A stretch of DNA of 64,000 nt from a virus. The DNA lies in the IMG/VR virus record IMGVR_UViG_3300030390_001024, positions 1-64,000 of that record. One strand, 5' to 3'. The position numbers and the translations under genes were made by a program. The notes below the pieces were generated by a model. It saw only the letters and a program-made list of their open reading frames with translations, was not told the origin of the DNA and did no database searches. Shown here one piece after another: positions 37,074 to 46,729 of this stretch (position 1 is its first letter; each line of letters begins with the position of its first letter).

Positions 37074-38699
37074 ATGGAATACAAAAAATATTACTGGCTT
37101 AATAATGATAGCAGAACGTTTCTGTCTAGAGGATATATAACTGAAACACCAGAACAAAGAATAAAAGACATTGCTATTAAGGCAGAAAAATATTTAAATA
37201 TTAAAGGGTTTGCAGAAAAGTTTGAAGACTATATGGCACGTGGGTTTTACTCTCTATCTACACCTGTATGGATTAACTTTGGTAAACAAAAGGGGTTACC
37301 TATTAGTTGTTATGGTTCTAATATAGATGATAACTTAGATAGTATACTTAACGCAGGCCGTGAAATAGGAATGATGAGTAAGTATGGTGGAGGCACAAGT
37401 GCTTTCCTAGGAAACATCAGGCCAAGAGGTAGTGAAATATCTACAGGTGGTCATGCTGATGGGCCTATTCACTATGCTAGAATGTATGACACAGTAGTTG
37501 ATGTATGTAAACAATCAGAAGCTAGACGTGGTGCTTGTGCAGTGTACTTACCTGTAGAGCATGCAGATATACTAGAGTTCTTAGATATAGGTACTGAAGG
37601 TAACCCTATACAAAACTTGCAGTATGGTGTTACCGTTACTGACCAATGGATGGAAGAGATGAAAACAGGAGACAGGAAGAAGCGTAAAGTATGGGCTAAG
37701 ATCATACAACGTAGGTCTGAGTTTGGTTATCCTTATATAATGTTTAAAGATAATAGTAATAATAACTCTCCATACAAAGATATAGGGCTTGAAATTACAG
37801 CATCAAATCTATGCTCAGAGATTCAGCTACCAACAGATAGTTATAATTCTTTTGTGTGTTGCTTAGGATCTATTAACCTGTTACACTGGGATGAAATTAA
37901 AGAGACGGATGCAGTACAAACCTATGTTTACTTTTTGAATGCTGTTATGGATGAGTTCATTATCAAGTCAGAAACAATGCCTGGGATGAAGAGAGCCTAT
38001 AATTTTGCTGAAAAACATAGAGCAATTGGTTTAGGTGTATTAGGATACCATTCTTTATTTCAATCAAAGCTTATTGACTTTGAATCATTAGAAGCTAAAC
38101 AACTTAACTCAGAAATATTTAGAACAATAAAAGATAGAAGTGAGATAGCCTCAAGAAAACTAAATTCAGAATATGGATATAGATCTTTAAGAGAAGGTTA
38201 TGCTAATACTACACTCATGGCTATAGCTCCTACTAAGTCTAGTTCATTTATACATGGTGCTGTATCTATGGGTATTGAGCCTATTAAGTCTAACTACTTT
38301 ATCAAAGATCTTGCTAAGTCTAAAACAGTTTATAAAAATCCTTTTTTAGAGTGTGAGTTAGAAAAGCATGGTATAAACAATGATAAAACATGGAAGTCTA
38401 TACTTAAAAAAGATGGGAGTGTACAACACTTAGACTTTCCTACTAAGACTGTCTTTAAGTCATTTGTAGAAATAACACCAAAGGAGTTAGTATTACAAGC
38501 TGCACAAAGACAAAAGTATATTGATCAATCACAATCACTTAACTTAATGATAGATCCCTCTGTATCAGCTAAACAAATCAATCAGTTATATTTGTATGCA
38601 CATGAAGAAGGAGTAAAAACTTTATACTATCAGTTTAGTAAAAGTTCTGCACAGGACTTTGCAAGAAACATTCTAGAGTGTACTAGCTGTGAGGGTTAG
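37074..38699 (+). CDS. nrdA: Ribonucleotide reductase class Ia, alpha subunit (no ATP cone)
   Basis: PISC, SNLCSEI, IAPTKSSS, KTLYY, C-terminal CTSCEG; start likely 37074. Confidence 0.95.
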   Translation: MEYKKYYWLNNDSRTFLSRGYITETPEQRIKDIAIKAEKYLNIKGFAEKFEDYMARGFYSLSTPVWINFGKQKGLPISCYGSNIDDNLDSILNAGREIGMMSKYGGGTSAFLGNIRPRGSEISTGGHADGPIHYARMYDTVVDVCKQSEARRGACAVYLPVEHADILEFLDIGTEGNPIQNLQYGVTVTDQWMEEMKTGDRKKRKVWAKIIQRRSEFGYPYIMFKDNSNNNSPYKDIGLEITASNLCSEIQLPTDSYNSFVCCLGSINLLHWDEIKETDAVQTYVYFLNAVMDEFIIKSETMPGMKRAYNFAEKHRAIGLGVLGYHSLFQSKLIDFESLEAKQLNSEIFRTIKDRSEIASRKLNSEYGYRSLREGYANTTLMAIAPTKSSSFIHGAVSMGIEPIKSNYFIKDLAKSKTVYKNPFLECELEKHGINNDKTWKSILKKDGSVQHLDFPTKTVFKSFVEITPKELVLQAAQRQKYIDQSQSLNLMIDPSVSAKQINQLYLYAHEEGVKTLYYQFSKSSAQDFARNILECTSCEG

Positions 38700-38803
38700 T
38701 CTTTAATAAAGACTACAATATCACAACTATGACAAAAGTAATATTTGTCATCACCTGCACCAGAATAATAAGTCATTGCTGAATTGCATTTTTTACATCT
38801 CAT
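38696..38803 (-). CDS. 35 aa Zn-ribbon micro-protein (not in ORF track)
   Basis: MRCKKCNSAMTYYSGAGDDKYYFCHSCDIVVFIKD; two CxxC motifs. Confidence 0.65.
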   Translation of the reverse strand: MRCKKCNSAMTYYSGAGDDKYYFCHSCDIVVFIKD

Positions 38804-38805
38804 AT

Positions 38806-38892
38806 TTACTTTTGCTTTAAATCATCTATTAATAGTTGACAAACTGTAAAAATAATAAATATATAAAATACTAAAAGTGTATATTTTTCCAC
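38806..38892 (-). CDS. 28 aa single-TM peptide (GTG start)
   Basis: MEKYTLLVFYIFIIFTVCQLLIDDLKQK; abuts both neighbours. Confidence 0.4.
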   Translation of the reverse strand: MEKYTLLVFYIFIIFTVCQLLIDDLKQK

Positions 38893-39312
38893 CTAGTAAC
38901 TTGCTTCACGCCTAACCACCTCTATAGCCCTGACCATTTTGTTATAGTCTACAGGACATAATAGATCAAGCTTTGCTCTTGCTGTAAATTTAATGTATGC
39001 ATCACCCTTTAAATATAACAGTAAAGTTGGTGCCATTCTAATTCTAAGTTCTTTTTTTAATTTTGGTGAGGTAGCAATATCACATCTATAATATGTGACT
39101 CCCTCAAGATTGTTGATTTTTTTCCAGTCTGGAAATGCATTGTCTTTATTAAAGTCTGCCCAAAACTCTACTACAATAACATTATCTTCTCCATCTTCGT
39201 CAAATGCAGATGCTCCTGTAACCTTCTCCTCAAAGTCTTTATCTGTGATCCATTCCTGAGACAGTACAGTTGTTGTTGTTAAAAGCAATAATACTGTAAG
39301 AATGTACTTCAT
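38893..39312 (-). CDS. Exported thioredoxin-fold protein lacking CxxC
   Basis: Signal peptide; ITDKDFEEKV, VVEFWADFN, RIRMAPTLLL (cis-Pro loop). Confidence 0.75.
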   Translation of the reverse strand: MKYILTVLLLLTTTTVLSQEWITDKDFEEKVTGASAFDEDGEDNVIVVEFWADFNKDNAFPDWKKINNLEGVTYYRCDIATSPKLKKELRIRMAPTLLLYLKGDAYIKFTARAKLDLLCPVDYNKMVRAIEVVRREASY

Positions 39313-39313
39313 C

Positions 39314-39604
39314 TTATTTCTTTTTAGTTAACTCGTAGATTCTCTCTTCCATTTTGTCAAACTTTTCTAATAATGATTCTACATCTTCTTGAGTATCCAT
39401 AATGGTTTGTCTAATTAACTCATCTTTTAAATCATACTCTACTCTTTCTATTGGAGGTTTTGGGTTCTCCATTGCAGTAGCTATATCTGCTTTTAATGTA
39501 AACCACATTGTTGATAATGAAATTACAAATCCCACAATCATTCCAATTGTCTTAAGGTCTAAGGTTACTTGTGTTTTTTCTCCTATCTCTGGTACTCCCG
39601 CCAT
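39314..39604 (-). CDS. Single-TM coiled-coil protein
   Basis: TM segment TIGMIVGFVISLSTMWFTL followed by heptads. Confidence 0.8.
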   Translation of the reverse strand: MAGVPEIGEKTQVTLDLKTIGMIVGFVISLSTMWFTLKADIATAMENPKPPIERVEYDLKDELIRQTIMDTQEDVESLLEKFDKMEERIYELTKKK

Positions 39605-39616
39605 TGTTTTATTTTT

Positions 39617-40834
39617 TTACTTGAATGTATAATTTAATCCTAATGTTGTTTGAAACAACTCACTGTCCCACATCTTTGAGTATTCTCCTTCCATAAACAC
39701 TCCTATATTTTTATTTATCTTCCAACCTAAGTTAGCACCAAAAGAATAGTCTGCCCATTGTTCTGGATCATTATCTAAAATTAAGCCACCCTTACCCCAG
39801 TTATTTCTATTTAAATAAGAAACAACCTCATCTCCTTTTAAGTATCTGTGGTATGGTAGTATATAGTTAGCATATGCATGTATCCAAAAGTTTCTTTTGT
39901 AATGATAGAAGTCCATTCCTAGTATAGGTGCTACCTCACCAAATGCAGGTATCTCTGATAATGATTCTCTATTAAAGCGGTTCATCAAATCTGTAAATAC
40001 AGTTTCTCTGAAATCAATATCAGAATAAGCTACAATAGTTCCATCTTGATCTTTCCATATCCAGTCTTGCATCTCTTCTCCTGTATTTGCATCTGTATAT
40101 GTAGTAAGATGATCAGTATAACCGTATTCAAATCCTAAAGTATACCATGGATGTACAGGAAACTCAAACTCATTCCCGTCTTGATCCATATATATTTCTG
40201 TTTCATTAAGCCATATCTCAACTGGGTTATAACCATATGCACGGCTATGAGTTCTATAGATTGCACCTGCAGAGATACTAAACTTTTCTCCTAAAGGTAA
40301 CCTTAATCTTGCTTCTGCTGATTCATAGGCTAAATTTATCTTTCCTACCTCTCTTGACTCAACTTTAAAGATGTGATGATCTCCTGTATGCTTTATAAAG
40401 AACCTGTGGTTTCTAAACATCTCACCTCTCCAACGTTCTTTTTCCCAATGTAATTGATATTCTAAACCTTTTAATGCAGAACTTGGGGCACTAAATGCAA
40501 GCTGTTCTTCTGTACCATCATAAAAATTTCTTGGCTTTCTCTCATAACTAAACCTTGCTAGCTTTCTAATACCAAAACCAATTCTATAATCAAATGGGTA
40601 GTCAGGCGTATTATCTACTACAACAGGTATATCATAAAGACCATCGCCATCCCCTGTTCTTACAAAATAGGTTGACACATCTTCTTCTATAGAGTTGTTT
40701 AGATCAGCAGCTCCATATATAGTACCATATTTAATAAAGTCTTTATATAAGGATTTAAAAAATGGTGAACTATCTTGAGCAGAAGCACCATTTATAACCA
40801 ATATACATACTAATAAACTTACATATCTTTTCAT
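39617..40834 (-). CDS. Putative outer-membrane beta-barrel protein
   Basis: Signal peptide; aromatic amphipathic strands; C-terminal TTLGLNYTFK resembling a beta-signal. Confidence 0.65.
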   Translation of the reverse strand: MKRYVSLLVCILVINGASAQDSSPFFKSLYKDFIKYGTIYGAADLNNSIEEDVSTYFVRTGDGDGLYDIPVVVDNTPDYPFDYRIGFGIRKLARFSYERKPRNFYDGTEEQLAFSAPSSALKGLEYQLHWEKERWRGEMFRNHRFFIKHTGDHHIFKVESREVGKINLAYESAEARLRLPLGEKFSISAGAIYRTHSRAYGYNPVEIWLNETEIYMDQDGNEFEFPVHPWYTLGFEYGYTDHLTTYTDANTGEEMQDWIWKDQDGTIVAYSDIDFRETVFTDLMNRFNRESLSEIPAFGEVAPILGMDFYHYKRNFWIHAYANYILPYHRYLKGDEVVSYLNRNNWGKGGLILDNDPEQWADYSFGANLGWKINKNIGVFMEGEYSKMWDSELFQTTLGLNYTFK

Positions 40835-40928
40835 AGTGTAGTTTTGTTATGTTAATACGTATTGGTTTATATAATAATATAAGAACTTTTTATGAATCTA
40901 AGAAGAACTTAACCTGAAAATTTGACAT

Positions 40929-43900
40929 TTAATCAGAAATACGGAAAGTCTTAAGTTTCTCAAAGTTTTTCCATTTATTAAATGTTGATAAAATTGGCAT
41001 TGCATCAGCCATGTTTTTATAAAACTTTAACTGTCCTTTTCTTGGTTTATTCTGATATACAAGATCACTATCTCCTCTAAATTCTGCACTATCAAAACCA
41101 TAAAGTCCTCCATATAGTAGAGTACTTAGACCTACAGAAAATGCTTCTGCCAACTCACCAAGCGTTCTTGTAGAAGCTATTGGACTACCTATCATAGCAA
41201 AGAGTTCTTGTACACCAGCAGGAGATACTGGAACAAACATTACCATTTCTTTATATGTTCTTTCTGTTTGATATCTAGCAAAGTTCTTTACTTTCCTAAC
41301 CCACATTGCTTCATCACTTTCATCATCACCCCATGCAGCATCTAGTAATGACATCATCATCATACTAAGTATAATCATAGATAGTTCACCAACAGTTCTG
41401 TTTATATTACCAACTTTATTTTGTACTAAAGCCTCCATATCTGATGCAGCAATCTCTCCACCACTATCCGTTTGGTTGTTATCCCTAATAGATTGTTTGT
41501 ATTCTGATACTATCTCACCCATCTTTACCTTACCTGTTGCTACTGTTTTAGTTGCATGTATTAAAAACTGCATAGTTGATCTATATCTTCCTTCCATCCA
41601 ACCTAAATTCTGGTCATAGTACTGCTTTTGACCTCTGGCTCTCATAGCAGGCGGAAACCATTTATGAAATTGAAATACTAATTGACCTAACCAATGGTTC
41701 TGAGCAACAGTTCTATCTATTCTAGCATAGTTACCATGCGTCTGTTTATTTACTTCTCTTATTTCATTTCTTATATCAGCAAAAGCTTTACTACTTTGTG
41801 TAAGTGGTCCGTTTAGAGGAACTTTTATTCCTGTTACTTTATTAGGAACATACCTTGTCCATTTTTTTGGATATGTAATTTCTTTTTTAACAGTATCCCA
41901 TACTCCAGCATCATATATGGTTGTGCTTTCCCCACCATCTTCTGTAAAAAGCATAGTATCAAGCAATACAGCAGTTCCAATTTTAGTTTGTACAGCATAT
42001 TCAAATCCATCCTGTAATGTATAACCTATTGCTTTAAATCTTTCCCATATAGTTTTTCCTCCAGATGATTCTTTACCTGATTCTCTTATGTCTATATCGT
42101 CATCCATCATTCTCCAAAACTCATTGGTTCCTTCATACTTATTTGTAGGCTTATTTGGGTTGTATGATCTTCCTGTGAATTTTGTTCCTCCTAAAGTAAC
42201 TACATCAGTAACTTCAGGGATACCAAACATAGCTGTTCTTTTAATAATTCCAGCCATTCCTTCTGTGTTAAACTCTTTTTCTGCCCGTAAATATGCTCTT
42301 CTTGAAAAGAATCTACCTCCTATACCTTCTATTGTATTGTTAATTTGACCTAGCACAACGTTGTTTATATTACCAAAAGGGTTGAAGGCAACATAAGATA
42401 ATGATGACCATGAAATTAAAAAGCTAGCAAATTTATCTACAAAGCCTTTACTATCTTTAGCATTATCATATAACACCATCTTTTGCCACATTCTTGCTCT
42501 ACGTACTACATTTTTTTGAAGACCCTCGTTACCAGCCTCACCTTTAATATTCCATTTTTCTGGTGTAACTTTATCTAACATTCCTGTAATTAAATTTCCT
42601 CCTGGTGCAATGTATGATCTTTTTTCTAGTACTTTAATCAGTGCATTGATTGTATCTTCTACAGCACCCATAGTCTCAAAATGTTCAGCCATTCTGTTAA
42701 ACTGTAATAAACTATCTGTTAAATCAGTGCTTACCTCTCCTATTGTAGGTTGGCTTCTTTGTTTTTGTACTTCAGCTTCTAATATATTTCTTTTTTTATT
42801 ATACTCATTTAGCTTTATCTTTTTGTTTTTATAGTCTTCTTTAAGCTCTGTAATTTTATTTTCTAACTCAGTAAGTTTCTTTTCTACTCTAGGGCTACCA
42901 GTAAAAAATATTGGCAGGCTATCCATTCTTTCTCCTAATTCATTAACAACTACAGTTTTTTGTTGCGTAGTAGATGTAAATAAGTTTTTCAGACTCCTGC
43001 TTGATCTAGCCCATAGTCTAGTAAGTAATCCTCCATAAGAATTTTTTCTCAAATCAGCTGCAATATTACTTCTTACTAAAGGAACCTGTCCACTCATTTT
43101 CTGTCTTTGCTGTGGAGGTATTTTACCAAGCATATCTTGTACATATACTTTCTGAACCATATCGTAGTATTCTCTACGTGCTACAGCTAATGCATCATTT
43201 ACCTTAGGCTCCATTATATCTATATACTTTTGACTTCTCATATCCTCTGGCTTACCTGTTTTTGGATCTATAGGCCTAGCTATTAATCTAGGTTCAACGT
43301 ATTCATTTTTTACAGATGAAAAAATTTCATCTCTTTTTATTTGACCTGTAGGTACAAACACACCATTTACTTTTTTCTTAAAAGCTTTTACATAATCTGT
43401 AGTTCTATAGTATTTAGATTTGTATTTGATATAATCATTTTTTGATACACCACTACGTTGTTCCCAACTAAAAGTCCTAGGATTCCACTCTTCATAAACA
43501 TTACGCACATCTTTAAACTCTTGTGTATATCTATGATAATCACCATCTATTGGTTGATTCTTATCATTTAACATCTCACCTCTCATGAAATTTCTTACCT
43601 CAGTTTTCTTTTTAGATAACTCTTTATTCCATTTTATATTTTCTCTTCCCTCCTCTGTCTTTTTTGCTTCTTCTATATCTGTAACATCTGCATATAAAAA
43701 AGGTACACCTCCCTCATCTTGTGTAGAACGAAATAAATCTCTACGTCTTTTACGGAACTTTAAACCTAATGGCTGTACTAATGAATCTTCAGACAATACA
43801 CCATTCTCATCATAATTTAACATATAGTCATAAAGCCTATCTTTAGATACACCAGGTTGAAGTAATCTAAGTTTTTCAGCTGCAGCTATAAGTACCTGAT

Positions 43901-46727
43901 CACGTGCAGCAATATTACTTAATACCTTTTGTAACTGAGCTTTATAAACCTTATCTATTGTTGATAGTATAGCATCTTTACTTGTTGCCATATCTTTTGT
44001 AAATAAAGCTGATAAACTTATATCAGGAACTGTAGTCAAGAGATCTTGAAAATCAGCTAAAGTAAATGTCATACCTGAATGATCTTGAATAATTCTTTTG
44101 TCACTTGGATCACCACCCTCTCTCATATTTACCCTAACAATTTCTTCAGCAAAATCAAACAGTGCTCTATTTACTAACCCTTGTCTATCAATCTTTTTAT
44201 TAATTACTGACGCAGGCCCATTTAGTTCAATCAGTGTTGCATTGATATTATTTATTAAATATCTTTGTGTAGCATTTAATTGTTCTATTAGTCCTTCATT
44301 ATTTTTAAAGTTATATAGACCTTCAAAGGTTGACATAAACCTATCAAAACCTAATACTTTATTTATAAACTCCATCTCTTTAACATTATCTGGGTTAGTA
44401 ATGTAATCTTTGTATTCTTTCATTTGTCTTAAAGAATCCTGTAAGAGCTTTGTAAATGCCTGAGAAATATCTTTATTATTATCAGGATCAAGCAATGCTG
44501 TATCTATAAGAGCTAAAGTATTCTCTATTTGTTCTTTAGCTTCTGCCTTACTTCTCTCCATATAGACGTTGCTCTTTAGCTTATCTAACATTTCTTGTTT
44601 AGTAATAATAGCCAACCTATAGTCTTTAATTGCACCAAATACAGCTCCTAATGCTACATTTTCATATGGATCTATAATATCTTCCATCAATGCATCTTCT
44701 ACCTCTTCTTTTCTTGAATCATATACAATTCCATCAGCACCACCCTCCTCTAATTTTTTGTCTAGCATTTCTCCTTCAACATTATAAACTGTTTCAGGAA
44801 TTAAAAAGTCTACGTTCTCACCATTATCCATTTCATTATGTGGAACTATACTTGTATATTCTAGTTTAGGGAGTGTTGATATATCATCATTTATTTCAAT
44901 ATTTATAGTTGATCTAGCAAACCTATCCATATCCATTTTATATCCCATGTTGGTAGCCATTCTAGCTATAAGATTTATCTGAATTGCATCTTGCACTCTT
45001 ATTGGTAACTCAGTTATGTTATTATTTTTTAATCTGTTTCCTGATTCTAAAGGAACCAAAACATCATCATATCCAGATGCTTGATCAGAATTAATTATAT
45101 TAATTTTTATAATTTTTAAATTACCAAACTTATCAATCAATACTATCTCTGCCTTTTCTGCAATATCTTTTTTAGGGTCAGAAAAAATAACATTACTTAA
45201 TGTAACATCAGTATCATTTTTAATTGTTATGATATCAGCTTTAATATTATCAAATGTTTCTTTTGCTGTTTCTTTGTTCAATGACAAACTTTCAGATATT
45301 TCTTCAAAAGTTTTATATGATACAATTGCATCAACTATTGTGCTAATATCATTTTTAATTTTTGAAGAAAATTTATCAGCTTTACCTATTACCTCACCAG
45401 ATGATGGATATGCTTTTCTAGTATTTATATCATAAAAAGTATTATTATCTTTATTAAGAACCACCAAGTTGTTTATAAAGTTATTAGGTGTATTAGCAGA
45501 TAATGAATCTGATAAAGCAGCCGTTTCTTTTATATTATGAGTCATCTCATTAATGACTGTTTTTTGTTGATCTGTTCTAGAAGACTTTAAAGCTTGATTT
45601 ACTAAACTTTGTTTTTCCGGTGTAAGATTATATCTTACTCTACCGTTTATAGACTTACCTGTTTCAAAAGATATACCTGAAGTATTTAATAACTTAGCTA
45701 CGTCAGACAAAGTTAGATCAGATCTTATTGCTTGTACTGGTAATTTTCTACCAGTTATATATTGATTAAGGTTTTCAATTATATTTTTAAACCACTTAAG
45801 CAATTCTTCTATACTACTTAAGAAAGACTGCGTAGGACTTTCTTCATACTCTTTATTAAAATGTCTTGACAAAGCCTGAGTAATTACTTCCATTTCTCTT
45901 TCCTCTGCAGTTATATTTCTTTTCTTATTATATGCATCTTCTATTTGTTGGGTCATCTCAGGAAACATACGTCTAGATTCATCTAATAAAGTTTCGTACA
46001 GTGGTATGTTATCTACCTTTACTGCATCTATAAAAGGATGTAGCATCTCCTCAATTAGTATTTCATCAGTGACCCTACCCTTAATTAAAATAGCATTATT
46101 AGCAACATAAAAAGAATTAACCTCTGCAAAAGGCACTTTAGCTTTTCTCCACTGTGGTAATAAATCATACCTTTTTTTTGCTTCTGTAGGTGTAAGTAAT
46201 TTTACACTTACATCAGGAAACATCCTCATTAAATGTTTTACTACTTGTCTTGCTCTAGGAGTGTCCCAAGATCTTGATTGAGGAAGCATGTCTTTTGCCG
46301 TAAATAAATTACTATTAACTGACACTGCAAATGTTTTAGGAGTCTTATCTATATTTAATGAGTTTGCTGGTAAATTATTAGCCTCTAAATATCTTTTTGC
46401 TCTTCTAACATTTGAATCTATTAATGAATCACTTATCTGTAATGTATCTTGATCAGTGTTATTTATATAATAAGAACCTTGATGACTATGAATAATCTTT
46501 TCTCTACTTAGATTATTTAATAAGGCTTGTCCAAATTCTTTTTGCTTTAAATTGTTCAAAGCTCTTTTATCTTTAACATATGAAGCAGCTTCTACTACAG
46601 TAGGAATTGCATCACTGTCAGTTGAATCTTGCCAACTATTAATAACGTTAGTAGTTATAAGATCTGTTTTATAAACTTCTAATAATGCTATATACTCTGC
46701 TGTATTTTTATTGGGACATTTTGCCAT
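40929..46727 (-). CDS. Giant virion cargo/ejection protein (1932 aa)
   Basis: Adjacent to the vRNAP gene; zincin-like EEMLH; degenerate nuclease segment; HGNY...QFHKW C-terminal region. Confidence 0.75.
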   Translation of the reverse strand: MAKCPNKNTAEYIALLEVYKTDLITTNVINSWQDSTDSDAIPTVVEAASYVKDKRALNNLKQKEFGQALLNNLSREKIIHSHQGSYYINNTDQDTLQISDSLIDSNVRRAKRYLEANNLPANSLNIDKTPKTFAVSVNSNLFTAKDMLPQSRSWDTPRARQVVKHLMRMFPDVSVKLLTPTEAKKRYDLLPQWRKAKVPFAEVNSFYVANNAILIKGRVTDEILIEEMLHPFIDAVKVDNIPLYETLLDESRRMFPEMTQQIEDAYNKKRNITAEEREMEVITQALSRHFNKEYEESPTQSFLSSIEELLKWFKNIIENLNQYITGRKLPVQAIRSDLTLSDVAKLLNTSGISFETGKSINGRVRYNLTPEKQSLVNQALKSSRTDQQKTVINEMTHNIKETAALSDSLSANTPNNFINNLVVLNKDNNTFYDINTRKAYPSSGEVIGKADKFSSKIKNDISTIVDAIVSYKTFEEISESLSLNKETAKETFDNIKADIITIKNDTDVTLSNVIFSDPKKDIAEKAEIVLIDKFGNLKIIKINIINSDQASGYDDVLVPLESGNRLKNNNITELPIRVQDAIQINLIARMATNMGYKMDMDRFARSTINIEINDDISTLPKLEYTSIVPHNEMDNGENVDFLIPETVYNVEGEMLDKKLEEGGADGIVYDSRKEEVEDALMEDIIDPYENVALGAVFGAIKDYRLAIITKQEMLDKLKSNVYMERSKAEAKEQIENTLALIDTALLDPDNNKDISQAFTKLLQDSLRQMKEYKDYITNPDNVKEMEFINKVLGFDRFMSTFEGLYNFKNNEGLIEQLNATQRYLINNINATLIELNGPASVINKKIDRQGLVNRALFDFAEEIVRVNMREGGDPSDKRIIQDHSGMTFTLADFQDLLTTVPDISLSALFTKDMATSKDAILSTIDKVYKAQLQKVLSNIAARDQVLIAAAEKLRLLQPGVSKDRLYDYMLNYDENGVLSEDSLVQPLGLKFRKRRRDLFRSTQDEGGVPFLYADVTDIEEAKKTEEGRENIKWNKELSKKKTEVRNFMRGEMLNDKNQPIDGDYHRYTQEFKDVRNVYEEWNPRTFSWEQRSGVSKNDYIKYKSKYYRTTDYVKAFKKKVNGVFVPTGQIKRDEIFSSVKNEYVEPRLIARPIDPKTGKPEDMRSQKYIDIMEPKVNDALAVARREYYDMVQKVYVQDMLGKIPPQQRQKMSGQVPLVRSNIAADLRKNSYGGLLTRLWARSSRSLKNLFTSTTQQKTVVVNELGERMDSLPIFFTGSPRVEKKLTELENKITELKEDYKNKKIKLNEYNKKRNILEAEVQKQRSQPTIGEVSTDLTDSLLQFNRMAEHFETMGAVEDTINALIKVLEKRSYIAPGGNLITGMLDKVTPEKWNIKGEAGNEGLQKNVVRRARMWQKMVLYDNAKDSKGFVDKFASFLISWSSLSYVAFNPFGNINNVVLGQINNTIEGIGGRFFSRRAYLRAEKEFNTEGMAGIIKRTAMFGIPEVTDVVTLGGTKFTGRSYNPNKPTNKYEGTNEFWRMMDDDIDIRESGKESSGGKTIWERFKAIGYTLQDGFEYAVQTKIGTAVLLDTMLFTEDGGESTTIYDAGVWDTVKKEITYPKKWTRYVPNKVTGIKVPLNGPLTQSSKAFADIRNEIREVNKQTHGNYARIDRTVAQNHWLGQLVFQFHKWFPPAMRARGQKQYYDQNLGWMEGRYRSTMQFLIHATKTVATGKVKMGEIVSEYKQSIRDNNQTDSGGEIAASDMEALVQNKVGNINRTVGELSMIILSMMMMSLLDAAWGDDESDEAMWVRKVKNFARYQTERTYKEMVMFVPVSPAGVQELFAMIGSPIASTRTLGELAEAFSVGLSTLLYGGLYGFDSAEFRGDSDLVYQNKPRKGQLKFYKNMADAMPILSTFNKWKNFEKLKTFRISD

Positions 46728-46729
46728 AA

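Noticed and set aside
21250-38699. Introns or inteins in polB, nrdA, nrdB
   Set aside because: Genes are contiguous, of normal length, with no intein or homing endonuclease motifs
38893-39312. Thioredoxin as electron donor for the adjacent RNR
   Set aside because: No CxxC motif, and it carries an export signal
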